This document shows, in pieces, positions 1-11,968 of a stretch of 64,000 nt of DNA. This DNA is from Carpediemonas membranifera BICM (taxonomy: Eukaryota > Protista > Fornicata). How positions within the stretch are numbered: position 1 is the first letter of the stretch; each line of letters opens with the position of its first letter. The position numbers and the translations under genes are program-made. Under the pieces are notes generated by a model. It was not told where the DNA came from, did no database searches, and saw only the letters and a list, made by a program, of their open reading frames with translations. The stretch spans positions 1 to 64,000 of the forward strand of contig JAHDYR010000041.1 in the NCBI GenBank assembly GCA_019828565.1, in the 5' to 3' direction.

Positions 1-159
1 AAAAGGCTGAGGGGAGATGAACCCAGCTTTCCTGCGTCTCCAATCAAATCTGAGTCACTGCTCAACGATAACAGCCTTCTTGGATCCATTAAGACTGAAA
101 GAGATGCGAAGACTCCCGCTCGTGACTCTTCTCTGACAAATCCTTCGGTCCAACACCAA

Positions 160-749
160 ATGATCCAGGATCTTCACCAATACGTTGTTGGTGAACGAAA
201 GTTCGATATGGCACATCAGCAAGAGCTGAAGCGTCCTACTGCTGATGACAGTGATGACAGTGATGTCAGCATTGCTGAGAAGACAGGTCCGCTGATTTCT
301 TTTCGATATGTTTATGCGTCAACTAGCATTTTTGCTGCGGGCATTGCACTTCCCCGGATTGGTTGGGCAATCCGGAGAACGAAACTGACTTCGCCCAGTG
401 CGGATCATGCAACCGCTACTACCATGGGAGGTGCGTGAGGTGGCTCAGCAATGGGAAGAAGGCCATTACCAATTTCACGTGTCCGGATTGTGCTGCTGCT
501 TCTGAATGCACCCGCTGCAAGGCTAAGATCAAATCGTCAAAGGGAAGGGACTCTTTCTTCTGCAACATGTGCAAATCTTGGTATTGCAAGCCATGCGGTG
601 TGGCCATGTGGGAGACCTCGATTGATGGAACCGTTGCCAGGTTCTTATTTTTGCCAGGTCTGCAAGGAAAGCCTCCTGGCACTGAATCCGAGTCTGGCAT
701 TGTGAGAGTAAAGGAAGGGAAGAAGCGATCCAGCCTTTATGTAATTTAA
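160..749 (+). CDS. PHD-finger protein (partial, probably spliced; likely transposon cargo)
   Basis: Frame from ~327 reads CGHC...CGSC-NRYYHGRC...CPDC (C4HC3 PHD), followed by a second Cys cluster CTRC...CNMCKSWYCKPC. Exon boundaries not resolved. Confidence 0.6.
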
Positions 750-2572
750 TCACTTGCGGCTTATCTACATACAGCGGCCGGCCGGGGTTAGCCACTCACT
801 GGGGTCAACATCATCCCACGGCAGCAAATTCGCTGCAGTAGATTGACTGTCGTCCCCGCTGGGGAAGGTGGGGAAGGTGTGGAGACGTTTCTATTACGCG
901 TTTATTGGGCAATGTGGGTCAAACAACAATTTCTGCTGGTATTGGTTTCTCATACAACGGCATCCATGGAAGAGTTGGTGTCCACCGCAGAATATTGTTG
1001 TACGCGTACCACCGTTTGTTGAGTGGGTTGAACAGCCAGTAAGTGCTGGGGGACTTATCCATCAGTGTCACTGCATATTTTGATGCCTCAAAGCGCGCAA
1101 TAGCAGGAAACCCATGCGATTGTCTCGAAACCACAGTTTGTCTGCTCCCGCCGTCTACTCGCACATAGATAAGGACGTTGTTGGGCAATAGCACAAACTT
1201 GGAAAGTGGGTACAACCTATACACCCTCATGTTCGCTGCAAGGAATCGGGTTTGGGTCCAAAAATAGAGATCGGACAATGTTGGGGATGAGTCGGGATCT
1301 ACCGATGAGATAGCAATCATTGCCAGATCTAACGATCATAAACCTAGACTGTGCAACAAAGATGATTGCGTCGATCCAGACAGGTGTCCTCCTGAACCCC
1401 GGATGGGCGACATCCGTCATGTCATCAGCGGGAATATGACCAGTGGTATTACCGGTGAAGAACTGGGCTGGGACTATATTCTTTGTCTTGATGCCCGGAC
1501 CGTTCCGGACAAGATAACAAGTCCAGGCACGGCCCTGATCCCTCCAAGATTGACGGGAAGTTTCACCTTAGCAAACGAAGAGAATCGGTGAGTGAGGGCC
1601 ACATCGTGTCCAAAACCAAGCCATCATATTAACGCCATACTCCTGAGAAGGCGCTGTAACGAGCACCCCGTGCATTGTGTGCAACATGATGTAAGTGTTG
1701 CAGTGGCAGTCAAGAACAAATCGATGCCTGCACCACAGATGCATCTTGGCAAGCTTCTCAGCTATGGCTGCGGGGAAAACCGCCTGATGGACAGATGTAA
1801 CACGAGCGAACCACAAGTTGCCAATGTAGAACGCCTTGCTGGTTGAGAAGAAGAAACACTTGCCATCAGACCAGAACCGCATGATCCGGTGACGGAATGA
1901 ACGATGATTGTCGTGGAAGACAAACCCACAATAATGCACGAGCTCTGATGCATCATAGCTCTTGATGACAGTCCGATCTCTCTTAGCAACACTATGTGAA
2001 AAACATGAACTTCCTGCACATGAACCAGAGAGCGCTCGAGTCACCATCGGTCACCGTCCTCAGTATGGCCCACAACGTCCCCTTGTATAAGCGTGTGAAG
2101 ACGGTCGGGCAGCGATTCGCCTTCGCGAAGCTGAACATCCATGCTTAGCTGTGGATGGCTTCGCAGTTTGATGACGCGAGAGAGAATCCGGGCAACCTGC
2201 GATGCCTGATCCGAATTCTCAAGCTCTTGCGCGTGAAGACAAGCAAGCTGAAGCATGTCATCAAACGTCTCCAGGTCTTGAAAGATGTGATAGAAATGCG
2301 AACGCGCAGGGAACATAAAAGAAGACCCTTGTGGCTTGTTCTAAATAGCCCGGCAGGTTGTTGGGCAAAGTTTTGCACAGGACACAAGAGTTCCAGTAAA
2401 GGTCACAAACACTGAGCGACAATTGTCTGTGATTAGAATCAGTCATGTTCCCCCTATAGCTGTTCTTAAACTGCACTGCCAAAATGAGGTGGAGAAAATG
2501 GCATCGACATTTTTTTACGTAGGACCAATATAAACAGCGAAAAAAACGTAAAGGAAACAAAACTGGGAGGAC

Positions 2573-3322
2573 ATGCATATCTCCACACAAGCTACTTTGG
2601 TCATCTGGAGAATGACACCTTACGGTAACATTCTAGCACCATCAAGCGTTTCCGCCGTCAATGTCATTCTAGCAAACGTTTACACCTCGATCCAAGGACA
2701 CCACGCTAATGGCATGGATCGACGGTTCCGTCAATGCGATAAGGATTCGCGTTCGTTGTTCAAGGCTGTCTTGCTATCTCTAACTGATGGTGATATTGAC
2801 AAGAGCATTCTTGATCCTGTCTTTGTTTCCTTGCTTGATGGTAATACGGATCGTTTTCGACGTAACATATGTGCTACTGTCAGAGAGTACACACCAACAT
2901 GGTCCCATGCCTTCTCACCTGCGTCGGACGAGAGAGATAGCTTGTGCGAGGACAACCACCTGCTACTCGAGAAGATTGAGAACACCGAGCATGCATTTCA
3001 GTTCGCAATGGCGCTCAAGCGGATCACTGAAGGTGTCAATGTCGTTGATGATGAGGTTACTGTCTTTAACGCGATCGCCAAAAGGCTGGGTATCCAGACC
3101 ATGAAGTTTGATGTCTCACATTATGCTCTCAAAGACCTTGGGTGTGATATTAGGAACGTGTTCGGAGTGAAAGAAGCCATGAAAGATCACGAGGCAGATT
3201 TTTCGAGAGTCTTGTACCAGACGAGATACACTGTTCGCACAACACGTTTCGTTATGATCAAAACAACCAGAAGTTCCCTCTCGAACATACGACACGTTTC
3301 CCAATTGCAGCTGACGCAATAG
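2573..3322 (+). CDS. Hypothetical protein, possibly the N-terminal part of the downstream transposase gene
   Basis: 249-aa ORF co-oriented with and ending 33 nt before the transposase-like ORF; no motif recognised. Confidence 0.35.
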   Translation: MHISTQATLVIWRMTPYGNILAPSSVSAVNVILANVYTSIQGHHANGMDRRFRQCDKDSRSLFKAVLLSLTDGDIDKSILDPVFVSLLDGNTDRFRRNICATVREYTPTWSHAFSPASDERDSLCEDNHLLLEKIENTEHAFQFAMALKRITEGVNVVDDEVTVFNAIAKRLGIQTMKFDVSHYALKDLGCDIRNVFGVKEAMKDHEADFSRVLYQTRYTVRTTRFVMIKTTRSSLSNIRHVSQLQLTQ

Positions 3323-3355
3323 GCTCCTTGCCGGTTCCGGTCAACAACTACTTAC

Positions 3356-5141
3356 ATGATGGAACGCACATTACTATCTTCTTCAACAGCGAAGATGAAC
3401 GAGATCAATGTGTCTCCATGCTTTCCCACCCTCAACCCCACCAAGTTGAAAAGCGATCGGTGGGCCTTTGTCAAGTCGGTTAAGTATAACATTTCCAGCC
3501 GTATTGCACGAGGCATTCAGTCACCACAGTATCTCGAGACAGCCAGAGATATTTGGTATGATACAACGACACATGTTAGCAGAGAAGCGCGTGTTGAAGC
3601 TAGCTACATTCCAGTTGACATTCTCATCTGGTTTGATGCATGGCGAGGGACTACGACCGCTGTCAAATTCAGGCTGATTGACATGACAGGAGAGGTCTTT
3701 CCGCAGAGAGTGACATCACCATTCAGACTGCTTGAGTACCAGGGAAAGGAGGATCTTTTGCCAACATACTTTGAGTATATTCAGTCTAACGTGGAAGAGG
3801 CAATCCAGAAGTCATTCCAAGTGCGAGAAACTGGAAGGTGGGCAAGAATCAACAGAGTATTGCTGATTGGTGACCACCCTGCCATGTCGACAGTTGTGGG
3901 CTCGCTGCAAGGAGGGCATTATCCATCGCCTTTCCAATCGAATAGTAAGCGAAACATGGGTTGGATGCCGTTTGGCGCCACGTTCCGGACCACACTTCAG
4001 CACGTCCTCCAAGCCAAAGAAGGTAGTATTGCTGAATCTACATCGGGTATTCCAGATCCTGCCGCGCACTGGGGCAGCTTTCTCCTGGCGACTGACCGAA
4101 GGCGTTCGTTGGAATACAGAAGAAGAAGGTTACGTCAAACTCTCTTTGAGGGATCGTCGATTGCTCCTGACAGTGTGTTTCTTATCCCCCCAATCATGCA
4201 CTGTTGCCATCATTTCATGGGTCAGGTGGCCCTAATGGCGGGAATGTTCAAACCGCGGAATGACGGCTCACGAGAAGAGAACGCTCAGTGGGGACGTTAT
4301 CTGCAATCTATCCAAGATTTCAAACCGCCAGATCGTACAACTGGGTGTAATGAGCATATGTTAGGCCGCAGGTTGATGGCCAACATGGCAACGACGTACT
4401 ATCATGCGTTTCCTGTCTCTGTTCAGTCCATCTTCAGACTAATGGGATATCTTTTCTCCCATTATTACTCAACTGCGACAGTGACGGAAGATATCGTGTG
4501 GTGGCATCGAGTTGCTGCACTGTTGGTCCACTTACTCCATGTAAGCCTCTCCTTGGTCACTGATAAGCCCATCCCGGTTCCCACACCATCCGAGGCAAAA
4601 ATCAATGCGGCCATTCACTCAGACGCTATATAGCAATGCAATTGTCGCAACCATTCCCGAGATACAAGCCGCAACAATGCTTCCTTTTGGTGTCATCATT
4701 GAGGAGTACTTCGAGAGAGACTTCATTGGCAACCAGGATGCTCGTGTACATTTGAGGAGGAACACAGTTCTGCAGCAAGTTATTCTGAGAGAACAAACGG
4801 AGATGTTCTATCGGTTCCTGCGCGGTCCTGTATCTTATGGTCGACGTGAGGGCCACGTACCACTTCTTTCCCCTCTGATCAGCCTCCGAGTACACAAATG
4901 TTGCAAAGATCACGCTCAATGGATTCGTATTCAACAGGATATGACAGAAACGTTGCCAAAGTCTGATGTCAACGATCTGAATAGAAAATTCGAGCAGAAC
5001 GTCGCTCATTTGTGGGAAAGCATGCTGAGACGAGCGCGAAAGTCATGGAACAATGAAGACTGGCTGTTTATCAAGGTTCGGGATGATCGTGAGAACGGTG
5101 TTCGTCTTGACGTGTGTCTATGCAGAGAAGGCTGTCCATAA
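3356..5141 (+). mobile_element. DDE transposase-like gene (CMC/Transib/Chapaev-type), frameshifted near 4605-4633
   Basis: Ordered motifs IWFD (D1), LLIGDHPA (D2) and PPIMHC (cf. D.MH / P.LH), then IIEEYFERDF (E) in the overlapping second frame. Confidence 0.5.
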
Positions 5142-5897
5142 ATCGTAGTTGTATTTAGCGGGGAGACAATAATCAACCACACGCCCGACCAAGCAGGAAA
5201 GTGACGCCCCTGGGATTGACGGGGAAACCCCGCATATTCCGGCAGCAAAACTTCGCTGAAACGGAACCACATAATTACTTGACTGATTTTTGGATCTTAG
5301 AGAAGACTTGACGCGCATAAACTCAGGTTGATCGTCAAGATCTCCGAAAGGAACGCAACTGCTGCCTAAATCACCTTTTTATCATTATTAGTCGGTTCAG
5401 CTTTTTTTCTCGCAAGTCCGTCATCATTTCGTGACATAATCCGCGGGATCCGTAGCGAACGATGACTCCTCGGAAAAAAACACATAGTTGTGCTCTACAC
5501 TTGACCTACATTCCAAATATTCACTTTGTTCTTTCCAACGGCTCAGTTTTGTCATGCGTTGACCGACCAAGAATGTGAGCGTACACTGACACTATTGGTT
5601 GCATGATGTGAAACATCGTGTATTGCGTACATGAACAAAGTTTTAAGCTGTTATGACTCGTATTCGTTGAGATATGGCTGTTTGTTCATACGCCTAAAAA
5701 TGCACACATGGTCAAATCTGTCGAAACAAAAAAGAATTGGGAATATCTCGGGAATGACACGTTGCCGTTTTTCAAAAATCGGGCAAGCCCAACGAATGAT
5801 AGTATGGGATCGCTCAGAGATGCCGTTATAGATGATATAACGACGTCTCTGAGCTTTTCAGCGATGTCAGTTTCTGGCCACGTCCAAGTTCGGCTCT

Positions 5898-6403
5898 GCG
5901 AAAATAACAGTGCATTGCACTATAAGTCATACATTTGGAATACAGCAATGCACTGTTATTTTCGCCAAAACCACGCTGACCTACCATTGTCCATGGGCTT
6001 GACGGGGGTGATCTTCTCGGCTTGGATTTGGCTGAAACTTGGTATATGTGTAGTATTTGATATGTTAGGACGGATCCAAGATTTTTACATATCGTTCGAG
6101 TCTATTTACCGAGATATACGTAAAGCAAAATTAGGGTTGAGTCTATTCTGGCTGAAAAGCGGTATGGTGGGTTCTCTGACTGTCTGAACACGGCTCCAGA
6201 AGTTTTACGTGATGAATTGGCATATTTATATTGCTTTGCGTAAACAGAAAATTTTGACAGTACCTACAATCAACTACCTGCATATACATGCTATAAACAT
6301 GCTTAAAATGCCTTCAGTCGTACGTGCTATATACTAAAGCTCTTCCTGCATCTTATTTCGAAAGAACAAAATATTCACTCTGAAAATAACACTGCATTGC
6401 TGT
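5898..6403. repeat. Three copies of a 21-22 bp inverted repeat; MITE-like element 5942-6403
   Basis: gcgaaaataacagtgcattgc (5898-5918) is the perfect reverse complement of 5945-5965; 6382-6403 is an inverted copy of 5942-5963 with one mismatch. Confidence 0.65.
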
Positions 6404-6409
6404 GAAATT

Positions 6410-6751
6410 TTGGAAAAGATGCTAGATATCACTATTCTACGCAGCTGGATTCGTGAGCATCATGAGAAGACCGTTAGGATTGCTTCTGCTGCACCTGGTC
6501 AAGAGCGTAAGGCTATTCGAGCAGATAAGAGTATGTTCGAGAGATGGTTCGCACTCCGGACGAATAAGAGCCGCTTGGAGCACCTCAAGGAGCACAAAGT
6601 GATAACGAAGACAGCCCTGAGATGCGCGCTGGTCGATAACATCGTCATTGACGAGATTCGTGATGTGTTTGGTCTCGCTGGCCGAGTTTCACTAATGGAT
6701 CTCATCAACAAGGCTTCCCTTCCCGAGCTCATGGCCAAGTGCAAGGCGTAA
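6410..6751 (+). CDS. Hypothetical protein
   Basis: 113-aa ORF with coding-like composition; no motif. Confidence 0.3.
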   Translation: MEKMLDITILRSWIREHHEKTVRIASAAPGQERKAIRADKSMFERWFALRTNKSRLEHLKEHKVITKTALRCALVDNIVIDEIRDVFGLAGRVSLMDLINKASLPELMAKCKA

Positions 6752-6901
6752 TACGCTGTAGTTTAATTGTTTGAGCGCGTTCATTTTTTCTTGCAATCGT
6801 CCTTTTTTCATGTATTCCGGGACTTATTCCGGGACTTAAAGTCCCGGTTAAAGTACCAGAAAAAACAGCATGTCACACCGCAACGGTTCGCACAGGAGCA
6901 C

Positions 6902-9779
6902 GCGTGCGTGCAGCGTGAGTGTGGGGTGTTCATTCAGAGTCGAGATGTGACTCGACCCCCAAATGGCGAGTCGGACGCGAACGGGCAGCGCGCTCCTGGA
7001 ATCAGCAGAGCGATACTCACTCCACGTATTCCGGTAGCGCGCGGTCCGGCGCCCTCCGCCCGCCTCGATGCTCGGCCGACCCAACTCGACCCTCGTCTGG
7101 ATGCGACAGAGCAGGCGATTCCGGCCGAGCTCTGGAGATGAATAGTAGACATACATGGTGCGTTTACTGACAGTGCGCTGCGTGCGTGCAGCGTGAGTGT
7201 GGGGTGTTCATTCAGAGTCGAGATGTGACTCGACCCCCAAATGGCGAGTCGGACGCGAACGGGCAGCGCGCTCCTGGAATCAGCAGAGCGATACTCACTC
7301 CACGTATTCCGGTAGCGCGCGGTCCGGCGCCCTCCGCCCGCCTCGATGCTCGGCCGACCCAACTCGACCCTCGTCTGGATGCGACAGAGCAGGCGATTCC
7401 GGCCGAGCTCTGGAGATGAATAGTAGACATACATGGTGCGTTTACTGACAGTGCGCTGCGTGCGTGCAGCGTGAGTGTGGGGTGTTCATTCAGAGTCGAG
7501 ATGTGACTCGACTCCCCAAATGGCGAGTCGGACGCGAACGGGCAGCGCGCTCCTGGAATCAGCAGAGCGATACTCACTCCACGTATTCCGGTAGCGCGCG
7601 GTCCGGCGCCCTCCGCCCGCCTCGATGCTCGGCCGACCCAACTCGACCCTCGTCTGGATGCGACAGAGCAGGCGATTCCGGCCGAGCTCTGGAGATGAAT
7701 AGTAGACATACATGGTGCGTTTACTGACAGTGCGCTGCGTGCGTGCAGCGTGAGTGTGGGGTGTTCATTCAGAGTCGAGATGTGACTCGACCCCCAAATG
7801 GCGAGTCGGACGCGAACGGGCAGCGCGCTCCTGGAATCAGCAGAGCGATACTCACTCCACGTATTCCGGTAGCGCGCGGTCCGGCGCCCTCCGCCCGCCT
7901 CGATGCTCGGCCGACCCAACTCGACCCTCGTCTGGATGCGACAGAGCAGGCGATTCCGGCCGAGCTCTGGAGATGAATAGTAGACATACATGGTGCGTTT
8001 ACTGACAGTGCGCTGCGTGCGTGCAGCGTGAGTGTGGGGTGTTCATTCAGAGTCGAGATGTGACTCGACCCCCAAATGGCGAGTCGGACGCGAACGGGCA
8101 GCGCGCTCCTGGAATCAGCAGAGCGATACTCACTCCACGTATTCCGGTAGCGCGCGGTCCGGCGCCCTCCGCCCGCCTCGATGCTCGGCCGACCCAACTC
8201 GACCCTCGTCTGGATGCGACAGAGCAGGCGATTCCGGCCGAGCTCTGGAGATGAATAGTAGACATACATGGTGCGTTTACTGACAGTGCGCTGCGTGCGT
8301 GCAGCGTGAGTGTGGGGTGTTCATTCAGAGTCGAGATGTGACTCGACCCCCAAATGGCGAGTCGGACGCGAACGGGCAGCGCGCTCCTGGAATCAGCAGA
8401 GCGATACTCACTCCACGTATTCCGGTAGCGCGCGGTCCGGCGCCCTCCGCCCGCCTCGATGCTCGGCCGACCCAACTCGACCCTCGTCTGGATGCGACAG
8501 AGCAGGCGATTCCGGCCGAGCTCTGGAGATGAATAGTAGACATACATGGTGCGTTTACTGACAGTGCGCTGCGTGCGTGCAGCGTGAGTGTGGGGTGTTC
8601 ATTCAGAGTCGAGATGTGACTCGACTCCCAAATGGCGAGTCGGACGCGAACGGGCAGCGCGCTCCTGGAATCAGCAGAGCGATACTCACTCCACGTATTC
8701 CGGTAGCGCGCGGTCCGGCGCCCTCCGCCCGCCTCGATGCTCGGCCGACCCAACTCGACCCTCGTCTGGATGCGACAGAGCAGGCGATTCCGGCCGAGCT
8801 CTGGAGATGAATAGTAGACATACATGGTGCGTTTACTGACAGTGCGCTGCGTGCGTGCAGCGTGAGTGTGGGGTGTTCATTCAGAGTCGAGATGTGACTC
8901 GACCCCCCAAATGGCGAGTCGGACGCGAACGGGCAGCGCGCTCCTGGAATCAGCAGAGCGATACTCACTCCACGTATTCCGGTAGCGCGCGGTCCGGCGC
9001 CCTCCGCCCGCCTCGATGCTCGGCCGACCCAACTCGACCCTCGTCTGGATGCGACAGAGCAGGCGATTCCGGCCGAGCTCTGGAGATGAATAGTAGACAT
9101 ACATGGTGCGTTTACTGACAGTGCGCTGCGTGCGTGCAGCGTGAGTGTGGGGTGTTCATTCAGAGTCGAGATGTGACTCGACCCCCAAATGGCGAGTCGG
9201 ACGCGAACGGGCAGCGCGCTCCTGGAATCAGCAGAGCGATACTCACTCCACGTATTCCGGTAGCGCGCGGTCCGGCGCCCTCCGCCCGCCTCGATGCTCG
9301 GCCGACCCAACTCGACCCTCGTCTGGATGCGACAGAGCAGGCGATTCCGGCCGAGCTCTGGAGATGAATAGTAGACATACATGGTGCGTTTACTGACAGT
9401 GCGCTGCGTGCGTGCAGCGTGAGTGTGGGGTGTTCATTCAGAGTCGAGATGTGACTCGACCCCCAAATGGCGAGTCGGACGCGAACGGGCAGCGCGCTCC
9501 TGGAATCAGCAGAGCGATACTCACTCCACGTATTCCGGTAGCGCGCGGTCCGGCGCCCTCCGCCCGCCTCGATGCTCGGCCGACCCAACTCGACCCTCGT
9601 CTGGATGCGACAGAGCAGGCGATTCCGGCCGAGCTCTGGAGATGAATAGTAGACATACATGGTGCGTTTACTGACAGTGCGCTGCGTGCGTGCAGCGTGA
9701 GTGTGGGGTGTTCATTCAGAGTCGAGATGTGACTCGACCCCCAAATGGCGAGTCGGACGCGAACGGGCAGCGCGCTCCT
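6902..9779. repeat. Tandem satellite, 278-bp unit, ~10.3 near-identical copies
   Basis: Unit starts gcgtgcgtgcagc recur every 278-279 nt (6902, 7180 ... 9684). Visible variation is confined to the C-run after ctcgac. Confidence 0.97.
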
Positions 9780-10073
9780 CCAGCAACACCGAGGCCGCCG
9801 CCTCGCCCGAGACCTTCACGTTTCGATTCGATCCTCGTCGAGAACCCGGCCACTGATGACCCCACAGCCTACAAGTGCCACGATATCCAGGTACAAGAAG
9901 GCGACACTCGCACCGCCATTGACGTGACGGTTGTGAGTCCCCTAGCTACCGGTTTTGAAATTGACAGATGGGTGCGCTCGAAGTTAAGCAAGAACCTAAT
10001 GATACTGCTGCTGAGATACGCGAGTCCTTGGAAAAGGCTGAGTCGGTCGTCCAGAGATCTTCTGGCTGGGTAA
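9780..10073 (+). mobile_element. Fragment of a restriction-like endonuclease (RLE) domain of a non-LTR retrotransposon
   Basis: HDIQVQEGDTRTAIDVTVVSP...RSKLSK resembles the PD-x-DV(T/S)V...KxxKY RLE signature of R2/CRE/NeSL-type elements; fused to the last satellite unit. Confidence 0.5.
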
Positions 10074-10113
10074 GGTAAGATTGCTTACCTTACCTTACCT
10101 TACCTTACCTTAC
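10070..10113. repeat. TAAGG/CCTTA telomere-like microsatellite with an inversion point
   Basis: gtaaggtaag-attg-(cttac)6. Confidence 0.85.
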
Positions 10114-10648
10114 GCTCTAGCGGTCTTTACACCGCAAGTCTTACTGCCGTGATACCGGGAAACAAAGAGGGAGCTCTCCGTGCACGTCGCAGATCCATCC
10201 CTCGCAGAGGGAGAGCCTTCTGCCAACACCCTCGAACTGATGGAAAATAGTCTGACGACCGCCAACACGCACAACACCCTCAACCTCATGGCCGTGTTCG
10301 TTGCCTACCCCCTATTCCCTACACCTATGTTCAACCACACGGCTTGTAGGGAGATCTTTTGAAACAGAGAACACATACGTGTGAAGCCCTTCGGGACCTG
10401 ATAAATAAGCAGAAATAACAATTAGGATACCACAGGGGGTAAAAATTTTGAGTTTGAGCCATTTTTGCCAAACCTCAAAAAAACCTTACGCATTTTATGC
10501 GAGCCACAAATTCGAAAGAATGGTTTGTTCATTGAAACGCCTATATGAAGGCAATAAGGTATATATTAAGTCATTACATAGGATAGCACGAACTACTGCG
10601 TCGTCAAAAACGAAAACAACATTCCGTCAATGTTCTCTCGCCATTACG

Positions 10649-11105
10649 ATGGATGTGGAGGACCACCACCCTCATGTCGAGGTTGCTCGGGGTCTGACAG
10701 CCGTCCGGCGTTACTGCAAAAAGGATGGCTGCTTCAGAGCATGGAACTGCAGCCCTATCACCACCGGACGGCATTCAAAGGAGAGAAACACCGACGTTCT
10801 CCATCTAGACCCGGTAGAAGCACTGCGCACAAAACAAGTATCCTTCGTAGACTTCCGCGCGTTCCTATACGCACACAACTTCCTGAAACTACACACACAG
10901 GTGAATGAAGTCCTAGATACGCCGCGCGGTATCTGGATATGGGGTCCACCAGGCACTGGCAAGTCCTGGGCTGCCAGAAATAACTATGGCGCCAGCGACC
11001 TTTACCTCAAGGCTCAGAACAAGTGGTGGGACGGCTACTCCGGCGAGAAGACAGCTATCATCGATGATCTCGACACGGACTGTCTCAACCACTACCTGAA
11101 GATAC
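10649..11105 (+). pseudogene. rep: Fragment of a divergent CRESS-DNA virus Rep (motif III + SF3 helicase)
   Basis: HPHVE...YCKK (motif III), GPPGTGKS (Walker A), KWWDGY, IIDDLD (Walker B). Lacks motifs I/II and motif C; clearly different from the array Reps. Confidence 0.9.
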
Positions 11106-11143
11106 ATACTGTCCAGGGTTCAGGAATTTCCCTTATTGGGTAG

Positions 11144-11179
11144 GGGAATTTCCTCGGGCTTTCCCCCGAGGAAATTCCC
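11144..11179. other. Perfect 15-bp hairpin
   Basis: gggaatttcctcggg-ctttcc-cccgaggaaattccc. Confidence 0.8.
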
Positions 11180-11304
11180 TAGCATTTCGACTCGGTAAGA
11201 AAAAAAATAAATCAACAACGAGCTGTATTCATAATCTATAAATGAGGTTGAATACATGCCTACACATGAGGACTACTCATGCGTAGTTTTGAGCTTTAAA
11301 TCCT

Positions 11305-11968
11305 GATTTGCTGTTTTAACTCAATGTAAGGGAAGACGGATGGGGAGAAGTTGCACTTGCGCATTTACCTGTAGGTCCAATAGACAATTTATATCGCGCT
11401 AATAGAAACCGCGCAAGCCGCTTAAGCCAAGCATCCGGCCATCGCGAACCTCCTCCGTTCCTTTCCGCGTGGAACGATGAACAGCCCCGCATCCTTGGCG
11501 ATAATGCGCGAGTTCTTCAGCTGCTCGGCATGATGGTCCCTTGGATGCGGAGGATCCTGGCCTCGCCTGACTTTAACCCCGGGTGCAAGCCCACTAGCAC
11601 CGAGAAGGACCTCCTCGGCAAAGAGCTCGAACAAGACGTGGATTCATCAAGAATGCTTCGTGAGATGTCCAAACGAGCGGTGTACCAGAAAACCCATGCC
11701 AAGATCATTCGTGATCTCATTAAGTACCGGAACCGCGCAGCTCACAATGAGCTTGAGCCCGACACCCTGCCCAAGGTCCTGGAGCTGATCGAGAGCTTGG
11801 CCCAGGCCTTCTCGGTTCCATTGCACAATAACGTCAGGGCGTTCATCGCGCTACTTAAGTCGCCAGTGTCGCTCGTTGCGACAAGTGAACATCATGCGCT
11901 GACGACGAAGGTCAACAGTCTTGAGGATGAGATTGAGAGGCTGCGTAGCGGCGGCCGTAAGACCATGC
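11305..11968 (+). repeat. Duplicate of 33678-34341 (5' HEPN part of the 486-aa gene), truncated by the viral array
   Basis: Near-identical 664 bp; ORF 11530-12003 matches the N-terminus of ORF 33903-35363. Confidence 0.95.

Noticed and set aside
750-2590. Short ORFs between the PHD gene and the transposase
   Set aside because: No recognisable domain or resolvable exon structure.
6767-9700. Many repeated 75-259 aa ORFs in the satellite
   Set aside because: Products of a GC-rich 278-bp unit (not a multiple of 3) with frame-breaking indels; no motifs.
6902-9779. CRISPR array, or 5S/SL/snRNA gene array
   Set aside because: No unique spacers or cas genes; no recognisable 5S, tRNA or Sm-site RNA on either strand, though a divergent ncRNA cannot be excluded without covariance models.
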